64,000 nucleotides of DNA from Eledone cirrhosa (lineage: Eukaryota): the NCBI GenBank assembly GCA_964016885.1, contig OZ024742.1, forward strand, positions 130,324,001 to 130,388,000, written 5' to 3'. The notes under the pieces are model-generated. The model searched no databases and had not been told where the DNA came from. It saw only the letters and a program-made list of their open reading frames with translations. The translations under genes and the position numbers were made by a program. How positions within the stretch are numbered: position 1 is the stretch's first letter; each line of letters starts with the position of its first letter. Below are positions 51,375-64,000 of this stretch, piece after piece.

Positions 51375-53349
51375 TTGTGGAGGTTGCAGTGGCTATTTCG
51401 AAGCTGAACAGTGGAAGATCTCCAGGTATGGATGGCATGCATGCTGAGCTCCTACAATATGGTGGTGAGAGACTCCTGCAACATCTTCACTCTTTGTTTG
51501 GCAGGATATGGGCTAATGAATCCGTACCTGAGGACTGGAGAGATGCAGTAATGGTGGTCTTGTACAAGGGAAAGGGTAACAGGAATGATTGTGGAAACTA
51601 CAGAGGTATATCATTGCTTTCTGTCGTAGGGAAAGTTTTATGTAGGGTGTTTCTGGACCGTCTGCTGACACACATTGCAGATTGTGTTCTTCCTGAAAGT
51701 CAATCTGGTTTTCGTGCTGGACGCGGCACTACTGATATGATCTTTTCAGCTAGACAGCTCCAGGAGAAGTGCATGGAACAAGGCTTGGATCTGTATCAGG
51801 TTTTTGTCGATCTGACAAAAGCTTTCGATACTGTTAACAGAGATGCATTATGGAAGGTACTCCAGAAACTTGGTTGCCCTGATAAGTTCCTTGCTGTAGT
51901 TAGGTCTTTCCATGACGACATGAAGGCTTGGGTTAATGTCGGGGGTAACATGTCGGAGCCTATCTCAGTAAAAAATGGAGTGAAACGGGGGGGGATATTC
52001 CAGCACTGACCCTGTTTGCCATATACTTTGCAATGGTTTTCTGTATCGCATTCAGGAATTGCGAGCATGGTGTTTACATCCGATATCGAACCTCAGGCAG
52101 CATATTTAACATAAGGCGCTTTGCTGCGAAGACAAAAGTATTTACATCAATCATAAGAGACCTCTTGTATGCAGATGATTGCGATCTTGTAGCGCACACA
52201 GAGAATGATATGCAACACATTTTGAATACATTTTCTGACGCTTGCACTGCCCTAGGTCTGACTGTCAGTCTCAAGAAAACCATCGTCATGTACCAACATG
52301 CCCCTGGTAAGCAGTACACTGAACCAAACATCTATGTGTATGGCAAACGACTTGGAGTGGTTGATCAGTTTGTCTACCTGGGAAGCACTGTCAATCGATA
52401 CAGCAACCTTGACAGTGAAATCTCACTTAGGATTAGGAAAGCAAGTGATGCTTTCGGAAAGCTAGAAAGACGACTCTGGGGTCGGCGAGATATATGCAGG
52501 AGGACAAAGGTAAAAGTGTACAGGACATGTGTGCTCTCTTGTCTTCTTTATGCCTGAGAGACCTGGGTCACATATCGACACCACCTTAAGCAATTGGAGC
52601 GTTTCCATCAGATGTGTCTCAGACGGATCCATGGCGTTCACTGGAGGGACCACATCAGTGATGTCGAGATTTTGGAAAGCTCTATGTGTGACAGTATAGA
52701 AGCTCTTGTGCTTAAGCAACGACTCCGTTGGAGTGGTCACCTTGCCAGGATGAAGGATTCTAGAATACCAAAACAACTCTTTTATGGAGAGTTGGTTAAA
52801 GGAAAATGACCGCCACATAAACCAAAAAAGAGGTATAAGGATTCTTTGAAAGCCTCTCTGAAAGACGCTAACATCTCTGCTGATACATGGGAGAATATTG
52901 CTGCTGATCGTAATAAATGGAGAAAGACTGTATATGAGGGAAAAGTTGCCTTTGAGGCATCTCGAATTGCATACGAGAAAGTAAAGCGGGATGTGAGGAA
53001 GGGCATTGCTGTTGCACTTCCAGATGGCGAGGGTCCTCCTATGGTGCTAACATGCAGCGTATGTGCGAGACTCTGCCTAAGCAAAGCTGGACTCGAAAGT
53101 CATCTTCACAGTCATAAAGTAAGACCAGTGGTCGACTACCAGGCTGCTGTTGGAGATGCTACTCATCATGCTTGCCAAACATGTGGTAGAGAATGTAAAT
53201 CAGCAGGAGGGCTCAAGCGACATGCAAAAGTACACAAACTCCAACCACAGCCGACTATTCCCAGTGAATGTTTTGGTTGCCGACTCTGTGCAAGACACTT
53301 TAGATCATTGGCTGGGCTAAAAAGCCACATTCGATCGCAGCGCTGTTAG
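51375..53349 (+). mobile_element. RTE-BovB-like LINE 3' part with C-terminal C2H2 fingers
   Basis: NYRGISLL, QSGFR, DLTKAFD, YADD, FVYLGS, RLRWSGH and three CxxC..H..H motifs; frameshift and stops. Confidence 0.9.
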
Positions 53350-53500
53350 TTGCTATCGTGTGTGTGTAGATATTCGTGTGTGTGTATATATATATGTATA
53401 TGTATATTATTATTGTTGTTGTCGTTATTATTATTGTTGTTATGATTATAATTATTATTATTGTTATTAATGTATGTGTGTGTGAGTGTGTGTGTGTATG

Positions 53501-53539
<39 letters not shown>

Positions 53540-53852
53540 TTTTATTTTTTTTTTTTAATTTTAATTTTCTTTTTATTTATTTATTATTATTATTATTGTT
53601 TTTTTTTGTTTTCTTTCTCCTCGTGCAATGGCCATACTCGATAACGAGGTGGCAGCCATCATCATGTATATATATGTATGTGTATGTATGTATGTATGTA
53701 TATATATATATATGTGTGTATGTATATATATATATGTGTGTGTATGTATATGTATATATATGTATATATATATGTATGTATATGTATGTATATATATGTG
53801 TATATGTATGTATATGTATGTATATGTATGTATATATATGTATATATGTATG

Positions 53853-53908
<56 letters not shown>

Positions 53909-53914
53909 ATATAT

Positions 53915-54108
53915 ATAGGAACGAGTAGGACCCCGACGGCAGAGCTCAAGCCGTTTCGACGGCTAATTCTGGTCCAGAATTAGCCGTCGAAACGGCTTGA
54001 GCTCTGCCGTCAGGGTCCTACTCGTTCCTATTACCCACTCTACTACCCTAAGTATTGAGTACTTTGGTGCGTTATGGTCCACCTGGTTCCTTACCACATT
54101 TCCTCCGT

Positions 54109-54110
<2 letters not shown>
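53915..54110. mobile_element. Family G palindrome (centre 53973) plus tail
   Basis: Near-perfect palindrome 53915-54031 containing GAAA cggc ttgagctct gccg TC on both strands. Confidence 0.85.
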
Positions 54111-54154
<44 letters not shown>

Positions 54155-55059
54155 TATGTATGTATATGTATATATGTATGTATATGTATATGTATGTATA
54201 TATATATATATGTATGTATATATATATATATGTATATATATATATACATACATATATACATATACATACATATATATATATATACATATATACATATATA
54301 TACATACATATATATATATATACATACATACATACATATACATACATATATATATACATATATATACATACATACATATAGGGGTTTGTTTAGGTTTTTT
54401 TTTTTTTTTTTAATATATAAAATTAAAAAAAAAACAAAAAACCCCTAAACAAACCCCTCTTAAAGGGAGACTACTCTTTATCCACCTAATTTTAATTCTT
54501 TGATATTAGAGTTAGAACAGATACTCTATACTATTTCCGGTCAGCATGGCTTGGCTAGAGATTTAAAGACGCTGGTTTGAGACCTTTACTTCCCTCCGAA
54601 GAAGAGATATTATCTCGAAAATTAAGGACATTTAAATAAATTCAAGGTGAAAGACGAATTCACATCAATATCTTTCACTATTGCATTCTTTTTTCTATGT
54701 CCATACCTGCATTGTCTTGGCCTTATTACACATATTCAAACGTTTATATATATATATATTTATGTTTTGTGGTTTTGTGTTTCACCAACGGGTAGAACTG
54801 GTTATTCTGTATACATATTCAGGATGTAATAGTAGGAAAAGCACTGTATGTTACGCAATTCATCCATCGTTGACATATATATAGTGTTTTTTTGCAACAA
54901 TAATATTTTAAGGTATATTACCAGTCCGACCTCTTGTATGTAGTGAAGCAATAGTTTAGTAAAGATATCCAAGATGTCATCTTCGTTGAAACACTGATAG
55001 TTGAATAAGTTGAATTCGTTCAACGAAATGTATATCCTTGCGTATTTCATGTTATGCCT

Positions 55060-55101
<42 letters not shown>

Positions 55102-55106
<5 letters not shown>

Positions 55107-55503
55107 TAATAAAAGGAATTCCAACTTTGTCTGATTTACTCGTTTTATTTACAATCCTTTAAAATTTATAATGGTATTAGAATGAAATAGTATGGTAGAA
55201 TATTAAATGTTAAGTGTTAATTGAACAAGTACTTTCATGCTTTCGCAATCTTCAGGTTCATATTGTGTGGTGACAGTCAAGTTTGCAATTTTCAAATGAA
55301 AATTTTCAGTTGAAAATTGCAAACTTGACTGTCACCACACAATATGAACCTGAAGATTGCGAAAGCATGAAAGTACTTGTTCAATTAACACTTAACATTT
55401 AATATTCTACCATACTATTTCATTCTAATACCATTATAAATTTTAAAGGATTGTAAATAAAACGAGTAAATCAGACAAAGTTGGAATTCCTTTTATTAAT
55501 ATA
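55102..55503. mobile_element. ~400-bp near-perfect palindrome, family E
   Basis: Reverse-complement arms; only the 55296/55309 pair was seen to mismatch. Confidence 0.92.
55345..55383 (+). ncRNA. Minimal type I hammerhead (family E); mirror copy at 55222-55260 on minus
   Basis: tgaac CTGAAGA t tgc gaaa gca t GAAA gtac TT gttca. Confidence 0.85.
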
Positions 55504-55536
55504 ATCTTCTATACACAATCATACACGCCCTGTATG

Positions 55537-55653
<117 letters not shown>

Positions 55654-56550
55654 ACATACATATATATATATATCACATAAGAAACGGAGAATCAGTGTTG
55701 CGACGAATAAAATTTATTTTCTCTGGCGACCAGTTCGAGGCACGATCGTAGTAATTACTGGAAATACCTATTTATAAAAAACAGCCTAATATCTGTAAAC
55801 TAAATCAATGTAAGACCAGAAAATTGTATTTTGTCTTTGGCAAGGGAGAAAAATCGAGAAATTACACTCGACGAAAGGGGAGATAATTTATCATCAAATA
55901 ATTTATTTCAAGGGAGAAGACTCTTTCAATATATTTGAAAGAGTTGTTATTCTTAATTTTACAGCGCATTTAAAAGCTAGTTTCCTTCGTTAACTTGAGC
56001 AACATGTTTTTTGAAGCTTTTAATGGGCGAGAAAGCAATTTTTCTGATCCGGTTTTTAGAGTTAGTTTATTTATCTTTCAAAATGTTAAATAGAGACAAA
56101 ATAATCAGGATAAAAACGATTTTAGTCTTGATCAAGCAAACCCCATAGAGTTCTTTAGACACATTGCATCTAGGACTGTATTATCTAAATATGGTCTTCT
56201 TTTACTAAGACATTAGAGTGTGGTTTTAAGGCGATTTGGCTGTTATATCTAGCAGCTATATCGACCACGTAGTGACTCCTTTCATGATTGAAACGGGGAA
56301 TATTGATTCAGAAAGTGTTGATCATGTGAGCACACCTTGTTTTCTATTGGAGTTTCAAACAATTGAGATTTGAAATAGATACCTCCTTTACCCCCTCCCC
56401 CCAACAGAGAAGTATATACAAAAGAAAGCAACAATCAACATATAACACATCAATACATCTGATGATCTAGACGTGTTTGGATAGGAAACTGCTGATAATG
56501 CGGAATTAAATCAAACAATTAATATATATATATATATATAAATATAACCA

Positions 56551-56596
<46 letters not shown>

Positions 56597-57168
56597 GAAT
56601 GTATGTATAGTATATTTGAAAATATACTGTATGTTTATTTAAAAACATTTTGAAGACCATTCGCTATGAGTTTTACAGTAGTGACTATGTCAATTACTTC
56701 GTCTTGGCACGAACAAAGGGAAGCAACCGACAGCTGTTTTTCGCCCATTAGCGGTTATCAAGATTGCATAGCCCTTCGCTTCTGCCGAGACTTATAGAAG
56801 CTGAATTCTTATAGAATTATCAAATATACTATACATACATCGCTATTTCAGAGCACTGATACTAATATATATATATATTTTTTAGAAAATGAACAACACA
56901 AAATATAACTACTCCATTACCAAAGGTTTCTGGATCACAGACGATAATAATAGTGGCGTTCCACAAGGCACTGTGTTGTGCTCACATCTTTTCAAAATAC
57001 ATTAAAATAAATTCCATAAAATCCCAAAAGTCTTTGGACAAATTCCTTCAATAAATCCCGGATAAATCTCCTACACTCGGATTTGTCTCCGTAAACAACA
57101 ACTCTCTACTTGAATTGGCCATGGGGTCCAAATCATAATTTGAAAGACTTAGCCAGGTGGCGCTATTA

Positions 57169-57233
<65 letters not shown>

Positions 57234-57342
57234 CATTTATTAAAATAACAGATAAATATTTGCTCTATGGTTCTTATATATTTGATATATATTTATCCTT
57301 ATCAAGCTCTCTTTGGATTTTAGTCTTCACATTTATTATTAT

Positions 57343-57396
<54 letters not shown>

Positions 57397-57509
57397 ATAA
57401 TAAATGTGAAGACTAAGGGTGAAAGCAGCGATTCTTTGCTTAAACTTTAATCTGTTCTTATAATACACGCACCCACACACATACACACACACACATATAT
57501 ATATGTTTG

Positions 57510-57556
<47 letters not shown>

Positions 57557-57559
<3 letters not shown>

Positions 57560-58291
57560 AAGTTAGTAAGCCCGTGGGTACTAAGTATCCCTGGAAATAC
57601 ATAGGTTGTCTATGATTTAAGGTTGTTCTATGGTATCAATTTGACATACCAGAACTATAATATTAATATAAGCAGAACAAGCAAAATTCAACCAACTTTT
57701 TAAAATAAATTAAAAAATATAATTTAAATATTTACCTATTCATATGGCTCTTACCGATCGGTTTCGCCTTGTAAAACACCAGAGACCCAATGGATTTCTA
57801 ATGGAAAATCAAGGCTCATCAGAGAAGCATTTTCCCTTCCTAGGGCTAAAGACCCAGGAACGATAAAATATATTGTTATCTGCCAGGGGTACTTAGTACC
57901 CACGGGCTTAGTAACTTCTTCTATCACCCTCCATTTGTTGAGAACAATCATGTTGTTTCTATTTAGCTGCTATTTTTAGTAACGAGATAGACAACACGTC
58001 TATGTTTTTCCCGCTTTCACCTCGGGTAGTTCACGTACAGGTCATTTTTCGGCCTTTTGGATCTGTGCTAGCTGGCAGATAACAATATATTTTATCGTTC
58101 CTGGGTCTTTAGCCCTAGGAAGGGAAAATGCTTCTCTGATGAGCCTTGATTTTCCATTAGAAATCCATTGGGTCTCTGGTGTTTTACAAGGCGAAACCGA
58201 TCGGTAAGAGCCATATGAATAGGTAAATATTTAAATTATATTTTTTAATTTATTTTAAAAAATTGGTTGAATTTTGTTTGTTCTGCTTATA

Positions 58292-58298
<7 letters not shown>
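57557..58298. mobile_element. Fold-back element, family F (arms 57660-57886 and 58072-58298)
   Basis: Inverted arms; the terminal 57557-57594 segment is inverted again at 57883-57920; (TA)n on both sides. Confidence 0.9.
58130..58211 (+). ncRNA. Type I hammerhead (family F); mirror copy at 57747-57828 on minus
   Basis: gcttct CTGATGA gccttg..caaggc GAAA ccg at cgg TA agagc. Confidence 0.87.
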
Positions 58299-58366
<68 letters not shown>

Positions 58367-58512
58367 AGGAGTTGACGGACCCAGCATATTTATCAATACA
58401 TGAGCGGTTGTATCTCAGCGTACTCAATAGACAATGTAAGATACATTCCCAGAGTATACACATAGTTATTCGCTTCAATACAGCACACTTAAAACGGGTG
58501 CCTATAATTGTT

Positions 58513-58621
58513 CCCGGAGTCGAGTTTCGGCCGCACTAATGCAGCAGTAAGGTGCACTGCATCATCCTCTGCATATATTATGCAACAATGCACAATCGGC
58601 TTATGCGGCTTCATCAGCGGG
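58513..58621 (-). ncRNA. Type I hammerhead with expanded stem II (family I)
   Basis: cccg CTGATGA a gccgca [~70 nt] tgcggc c GAAA ctcgac TC cggg; one stem III mismatch. Confidence 0.75.
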
Positions 58622-60043
58622 TATAGCCTAATCAATAACCAATCGATGGACAGAATCCAAACACCAGCCCATGCCGGTCATGACTGCTTGTGACAACAGA
58701 CACGGTAAAGCGATCAGCAACTGGCGCCGGATACAACTCTGTCCCTCGACTAGCCACTGATTTACAAACTTTACGTGGTGGCGGAGGACTAGAAAACCAA
58801 TCTATTCGTTCCCGTCAAAAGGGCTCAGCTAACGTGCTTCATACACAAATGTTTGAGAGGTGAAATGATGGCTATTAGAAATAGCAGTTCCAGATCGATG
58901 TATAATAGAATGGTAACATTCGGCTCATCTCCTCAGTCCCATGGCTAGAGGAAAGCGATAGTAACAATGGTAGTGCTAAGAACATTTAACGGACTTTAAA
59001 TGCGATTATCCATTATAGAGCGATACAGTAGCGAGCTGGGATGTGTCAGCCACGTGCGTAGAAAACCAGTCTATTTCACAACTTAAAGAGTGAGAGATAA
59101 AATTAATAGCAGGAAAATAGAGCGCATATCAAAACAAAAACACAATAAAAAAGTGAAAAATTGTTTAACTTACTCTCAATAGTCCGCTAGTTGGGTGATA
59201 ATAATAATAAGGAGTATGTATATATATGAGAAAATAATGGAATTTTCACTTTCTGTTGGCAAATCGAACTTATGGAATGACTATACTGATATTAGCGAAA
59301 GAACAGCTGACCAAGTATTTTTCTCGACGTATTTAATAGAAACCTATGGTACAATATTCCAGAGTTTGAATTCGTAGAGAATGGGTACAGGTTCCAATAA
59401 TTCACGGAGTAAATTAGTATAAATTATTATTTTTTTAGAAAAAACAGGCAAGGGGTGAGTGGAAATTTAGAGAGAAGGATTTATTATATAATCTAACTCG
59501 TGTTCATCGCCGATTACGTTTTTGTCTACGAGAGCTAAATAGAAATATTTCTTCTATTCATTCATTCGCAATACATCTATTACCAGTGACTCCTCAGAAA
59601 AAATAATAAACAATATGTTTTTAGGGGTATTAGTGTAGAAGGGAAAGTGACATACATAGCAACCGGCTTCAAGTAATTTTGGTACTGTTAGAGTAATAAA
59701 TGTTATTAGCTGAGAAGGAAACTTTCTATAGATCAATATTCTTTGATCTATAGAATATTTCCTTATCAGCCAATGTTATTTCTTAGTTCCTAAAAAAATA
59801 ATAATTTATACTAATATATATATATATATATATATATACAGATATTTTGTACAGCCGACCATGTTAATCTTCACTCTTTCACTATTATTACTCCAAGAAT
59901 AACTTGCATGAGAATTCTCGCAAACTCGCTACCTAACTAAGGTAACCTCTTGTTGAGTCAAACAACGCCGTACGTTAAAACTATCCATCGTACAGAGTAC
60001 TCACAACCTCTAACTGGATTACCTAAAACGACAACTTGTTATC

Positions 60044-60104
<61 letters not shown>

Positions 60105-60850
60105 GTTAAAACTTAGACGGGAACAAAAACAGAGAGGCAGTACAAATAAGCGTTTATTAGGTTCAGGCTTTTGAGAGTGGGTGTGCGTGTAGGGGGGGGG
60201 ACGACGACGACGACGACGACGACGACATTTCGGGCATAAGCCCTTCATCAGGAGAAAAGTGGGTAGGAAGAGAGTTCCGAGGGTGTGTGGGGGAGTGGTG
60301 GAAATACATTTAGAATAAGGGGGGGGGGGAGAAAAGGGAGGAAAAACGATTGAAGAAGTACAAATAAAAATAAACAGAAATAAACAGGTGGTGGAAGGGT
60401 GTGGGCGTGTAGGGGTGGTGGCGAGTGGAGTTGGGAGAGGGAGGCGGGGGGTCCGAGTGGGGAGGGCTGAAGGTGGTGTTTGTGTATGTGTGTAGGTGTA
60501 CGTGTATGTATGTGCGCGTGTATGTGAATGTGAGAGTTGGGGGAAGAACGAGGTTCCATGTTCAGGAAAAGGTGTGTGCGTGGGGTGGGGTGTAAGTCGG
60601 TGTGTGCGTGCATGTGGATAGCGAGGGTCAGAGGGGTGGGGGAGGGGGGGGAGCGTGTGGATTCCGGAGGCTGGGTGTGTATATGTGGGGGTGCGCACGT
60701 GTATGTTTGTGTTTATACGTGGTGTGGATGTAGGTGGCGTGTTTCGAAAAAAATGTGAGTGTTTGTTCGTGGGTAAGTTCCTAAGGTAGTTCCGTGGAGT
60801 GTACGATGAGATGTTGGATATTTCTCATGTTATAGAGTGGATAGCTGGAA

Positions 60851-60906
<56 letters not shown>

Positions 60907-61544
60907 TGGCTGCCAACTCGTTTTCGAGTACGGCCACTACTTTATATCCATGCAGGAGAACCCCTACCGATGCGCTGAACGAGTGTGGCTTTTTAGTCCA
61001 GCCAGCGACTTGAAAACACTGGTACAAACACTACACCTGTGACAATTATTGACACATAGAGCTGGGCCCATGGTACCATGTGACGACAAGTGCAGAGAGA
61101 TCTCCAGATATAAAGCAATGCCTGTGTCGTGAAGCTTTTATAGTGAGCAAAGGTACTGCATAAAGCCAGTCCCACTCTCTTAACCAAGATGATATTTACC
61201 AAAAAGAAGAACAAGTCAACATCATTGGATACCATCAGGGTTGCAGGTGTTATATCAGAGTTTTCCTTCTCCCAGAATTCTGCCTTGACAAAGGCTAAGG
61301 GGTCATCTCTCCCGGTGATTATGGATGGCCATTGACTCTTAAGAGCTCCTTTGCCCTTTGACAGGTTTTGTTTTTAGTCCTGCAGGATGTCCAAAGTCAC
61401 CCTCCTCACCAAGAAACCTTGGTGGGGTTGCCAGTTTAGTCGCCAACAACCCGACCATGAGACAGGTTGTACTGGGATACATGTTACCAGTAGCACCAAC
61501 TGGTGACCTGACATAATATATATATATATATACACACATACATA

Positions 61545-61736
61545 CAAGGGATGGCTGAAAAATTCATTGGCTGACCAAGATACTAACATGGAATGACCAA
61601 ATCAGGTTTACTTTTCAAAATAGTCCCTGGAAAGAGTTGCAGTTATTAATGATTAGACATTAATGCATGCAATTAATTCATAGCTCTTGTATCACTTCTT
61701 CATAGTCAGCCTATGAACCTTTTAGCCCACCCTCTG
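61545..61736. mobile_element. Mariner-derived MITE
   Basis: Imperfect TIRs AGGGATGGCTGAAAAATTCATTGGCTGAC / GTCAGCCTATGAACCTTTTAGCCCACCCT. Confidence 0.7.
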
Positions 61737-61745
61737 GTATGTATG

Positions 61746-61803
<58 letters not shown>

Positions 61804-61807
<4 letters not shown>

Positions 61808-62273
61808 TACTTTGGGAGGGTCATGTTGCCAATAAGAAACACACGCACCAGTTGCTTTCACTCCAATTTATTATAAATTAAATTATAAATTTAAAAATTG
61901 ATAAATTTCCGGTTGGTTGGGTGGTTCCACAACCGGACGGTTGTTCATATATTGTCAAAGTTCTTTCGTCACACAGAAAAACAAGATGGCGTAGGACAGA
62001 ACAAAGGAGAGGCACAAAACAAAGAAAAGAATCCCCAGTCACTGAAGAGGTCACAGAATGTGTGATGAAAGAACTTTGACAATATATGAACAACCGTCCG
62101 GTTGTGGAACCAACCAACCAACCGGGAATTTATAAATTTTTAAATTTATAATTTAATTTATAATAAATTGGAGTGAAAGCAACTTGTGCGTGTGTTTCTT
62201 ATTGGCAACATGACCCTCCCAAAGTATAACAATATCGGTTTCAACACACGTTTTCAGATAAAGAATCTTGCTA

Positions 62274-62280
<7 letters not shown>
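61804..62280. mobile_element. Fold-back element, family H (arms 61804-61975 and 62059-62230)
   Basis: 172-bp inverted arms between (TA)n tracts. Confidence 0.9.
62038..62080 (+). ncRNA. Type I hammerhead (family H)
   Basis: gtca CTGAAGA g gtcaca gaatg tgtgat GAAA gaac TT tgac. Confidence 0.8.
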
Positions 62281-62310
<30 letters not shown>

Positions 62311-62600
62311 TAAAATAACAGATTAAAGTTTAAGCAAAGAATCGCTGCTTTCACCCTTAACGGGATCTTCTGAAACTAACAAAGTCAATCTGTAAACGCA
62401 GAACTGGATATTTCAAAAAACGTTGCAACCGGAGGAAGACAGGAAGACGATACTTTGGTTCATGGTGACGTTCGCTAGCAAAGAACGGGAAAAAACGAAT
62501 AATACGTCATATAGGAAAAGAGTCAGGACCCCAACGGCTGAGCTCCGGCCATTTTGACAAACCTAGCTGTCGAAATGGCCGTCGGGGTCCTGACTCTTTT

Positions 62601-62687
<87 letters not shown>

Positions 62688-62692
<5 letters not shown>

Positions 62693-63578
62693 CAAATAAC
62701 GAAACGAAATTAAATTTCGTTTCGTTTGTAACTCACTTTTGTATGACTGACGCTTAAACAATTAAGTTAAAAATGTACATCTACATATGTATACTGAAAT
62801 ACTAGTATGCATATGAATACACACACGTATACATATGTAGATGTACCAAGTCTTTCACTGGTTACTTTACTGTGAGTATCCAGCTATTCTGTATGTAAAC
62901 ACACAGACAAACCGGTTTTTAGAGTCATACTGGTTTTTGAGGAAACACCTTTCCTCTATTCTCCAGAAAGCCAGACAAGGAATATTGAACTAGTTTCGTT
63001 GTTGTTACAACTCATCAGCAATATTTACCTATCTACCGGCCTTTCTGGAGAATCGTAAAAGCACATATCGTTATATGCTTTTTCTATGAAAATTAGTAGT
63101 GGGCAGACTAATTTGCATAGAGTGTGAGTACGTACCGGTTCAACGGAGACGATAAAAACAAATAACGAAACGAAATTTAATTTCGTTTCGTTTGTAACTC
63201 ACTTTTGTACTCACACTCTATGCAAATTAGTCTGCCCACTACTAATTTTCATAGAAAAAGCATATAACGATATGTGCTTTTACGATTCTCCAGAAAGGCC
63301 GGTAGATAGGTAAATATTGCTGATGAGTTGTAACAACAACGAAACTAGTTCAATATTCCTTGTCTGGCTTTCTGGAGAATAGAGGAAAGGTGTTTCCTCA
63401 AAAACCAGTATGACTCTAAAAACCGGTTTGTCTGTGTGTTTACATACAGAATAGCTGGATACTCACAGTAAAGTAACCAGTGAAAGACTTGGTACATCTA
63501 CATATGTATACGTGTGTGTATTCATATGCATACTAGTATTTCAGTATACATATGTAGATGTACATTTTTAACTTAATT
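62688..63578. mobile_element. Fold-back element, family D2: 372-bp arms (62760-63131, 63207-63578), 75-bp spacer
   Basis: Reverse-complement arms; the spacer repeats the terminal 62688-62743 segment. Confidence 0.92.
63313..63357 (+). ncRNA. Type I hammerhead (family D2); mirror copy at 62981-63025 on minus
   Basis: aatattg CTGATGA gttg taacaa caac GAAA ctag TT caatatt. Confidence 0.9.
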
Positions 63579-63633
63579 ATATATATATATATATTGTTTT
63601 AACGGTCTATTCTCCGATTTTTTACTTTCCCAC

Positions 63634-63732
<99 letters not shown>

Positions 63733-63764
63733 AAGAGGCAGGCTGTGTGATTACTGAAAACGAA

Positions 63765-63928
63765 GTGTAAGAGGGTAATAGGGACGTGAACAAGAGAAGA
63801 AAATTAGCCCTTCGTCAGCTGTTTATAACGGATCATAGATGTTTCGGCGTTTATATGATCCGTAGTAAACAGCTGACAAAGTGCTACTTTTCTTCTCTTG
63901 TTTACGTCCCTATTAGCCTCTTACACAC
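63765..63928. repeat. Imperfect ~165-bp palindrome in (TA)n
   Basis: GTGTAAGAGG..GGATCATA / TATGATCC..CCTCTTACAC. Confidence 0.8.

Positions 63929-64000
<72 letters not shown>

Noticed and set aside
54593-54627. CCGAAGA a gagat att atctc GAAA at TA agg hammerhead-like motif
   Set aside because: Core substitution and only 3-bp stem I; possibly a decayed copy but not supportable alone
63765-63928. CTGACGA within the terminal palindrome as a hammerhead
   Set aside because: No correctly placed GAAA and stems could be assigned

Overview
Very AT-rich, microsatellite-laden animal genomic DNA; the SINE, RTE and (TA)n content suggests a coleoid cephalopod, probably an octopod (inference). One host gene is present: a two-exon METTL7/TMT1-like methyltransferase (exon 1 24558/24588-25103, exon 2 42051-42287, 16.9-kb phase-0 intron) whose SAM-binding GxGxG motif is degenerate. 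The rest is transposon-derived: a mariner, Tc1/pogo/hAT/piggyBac-like MITEs, RTE, L1-Tx1 and CRE non-LTR fragments, two tRNA-SINE families and a 5'-truncated Naiad-type Penelope-like element. The main unexplained signal is a dense population of short non-coding elements inserted in (TA)n tracts. They carry type I hammerhead ribozyme folds from about ten sequence-distinct families, about 20 complete or partial copies. Many are arranged as outward-facing fold-back palindromes with arms up to 372 bp, and several share a downstream TRTTGAGTRC motif. All folds and alignments were done by eye; repeat boundaries are approximate unless stated.
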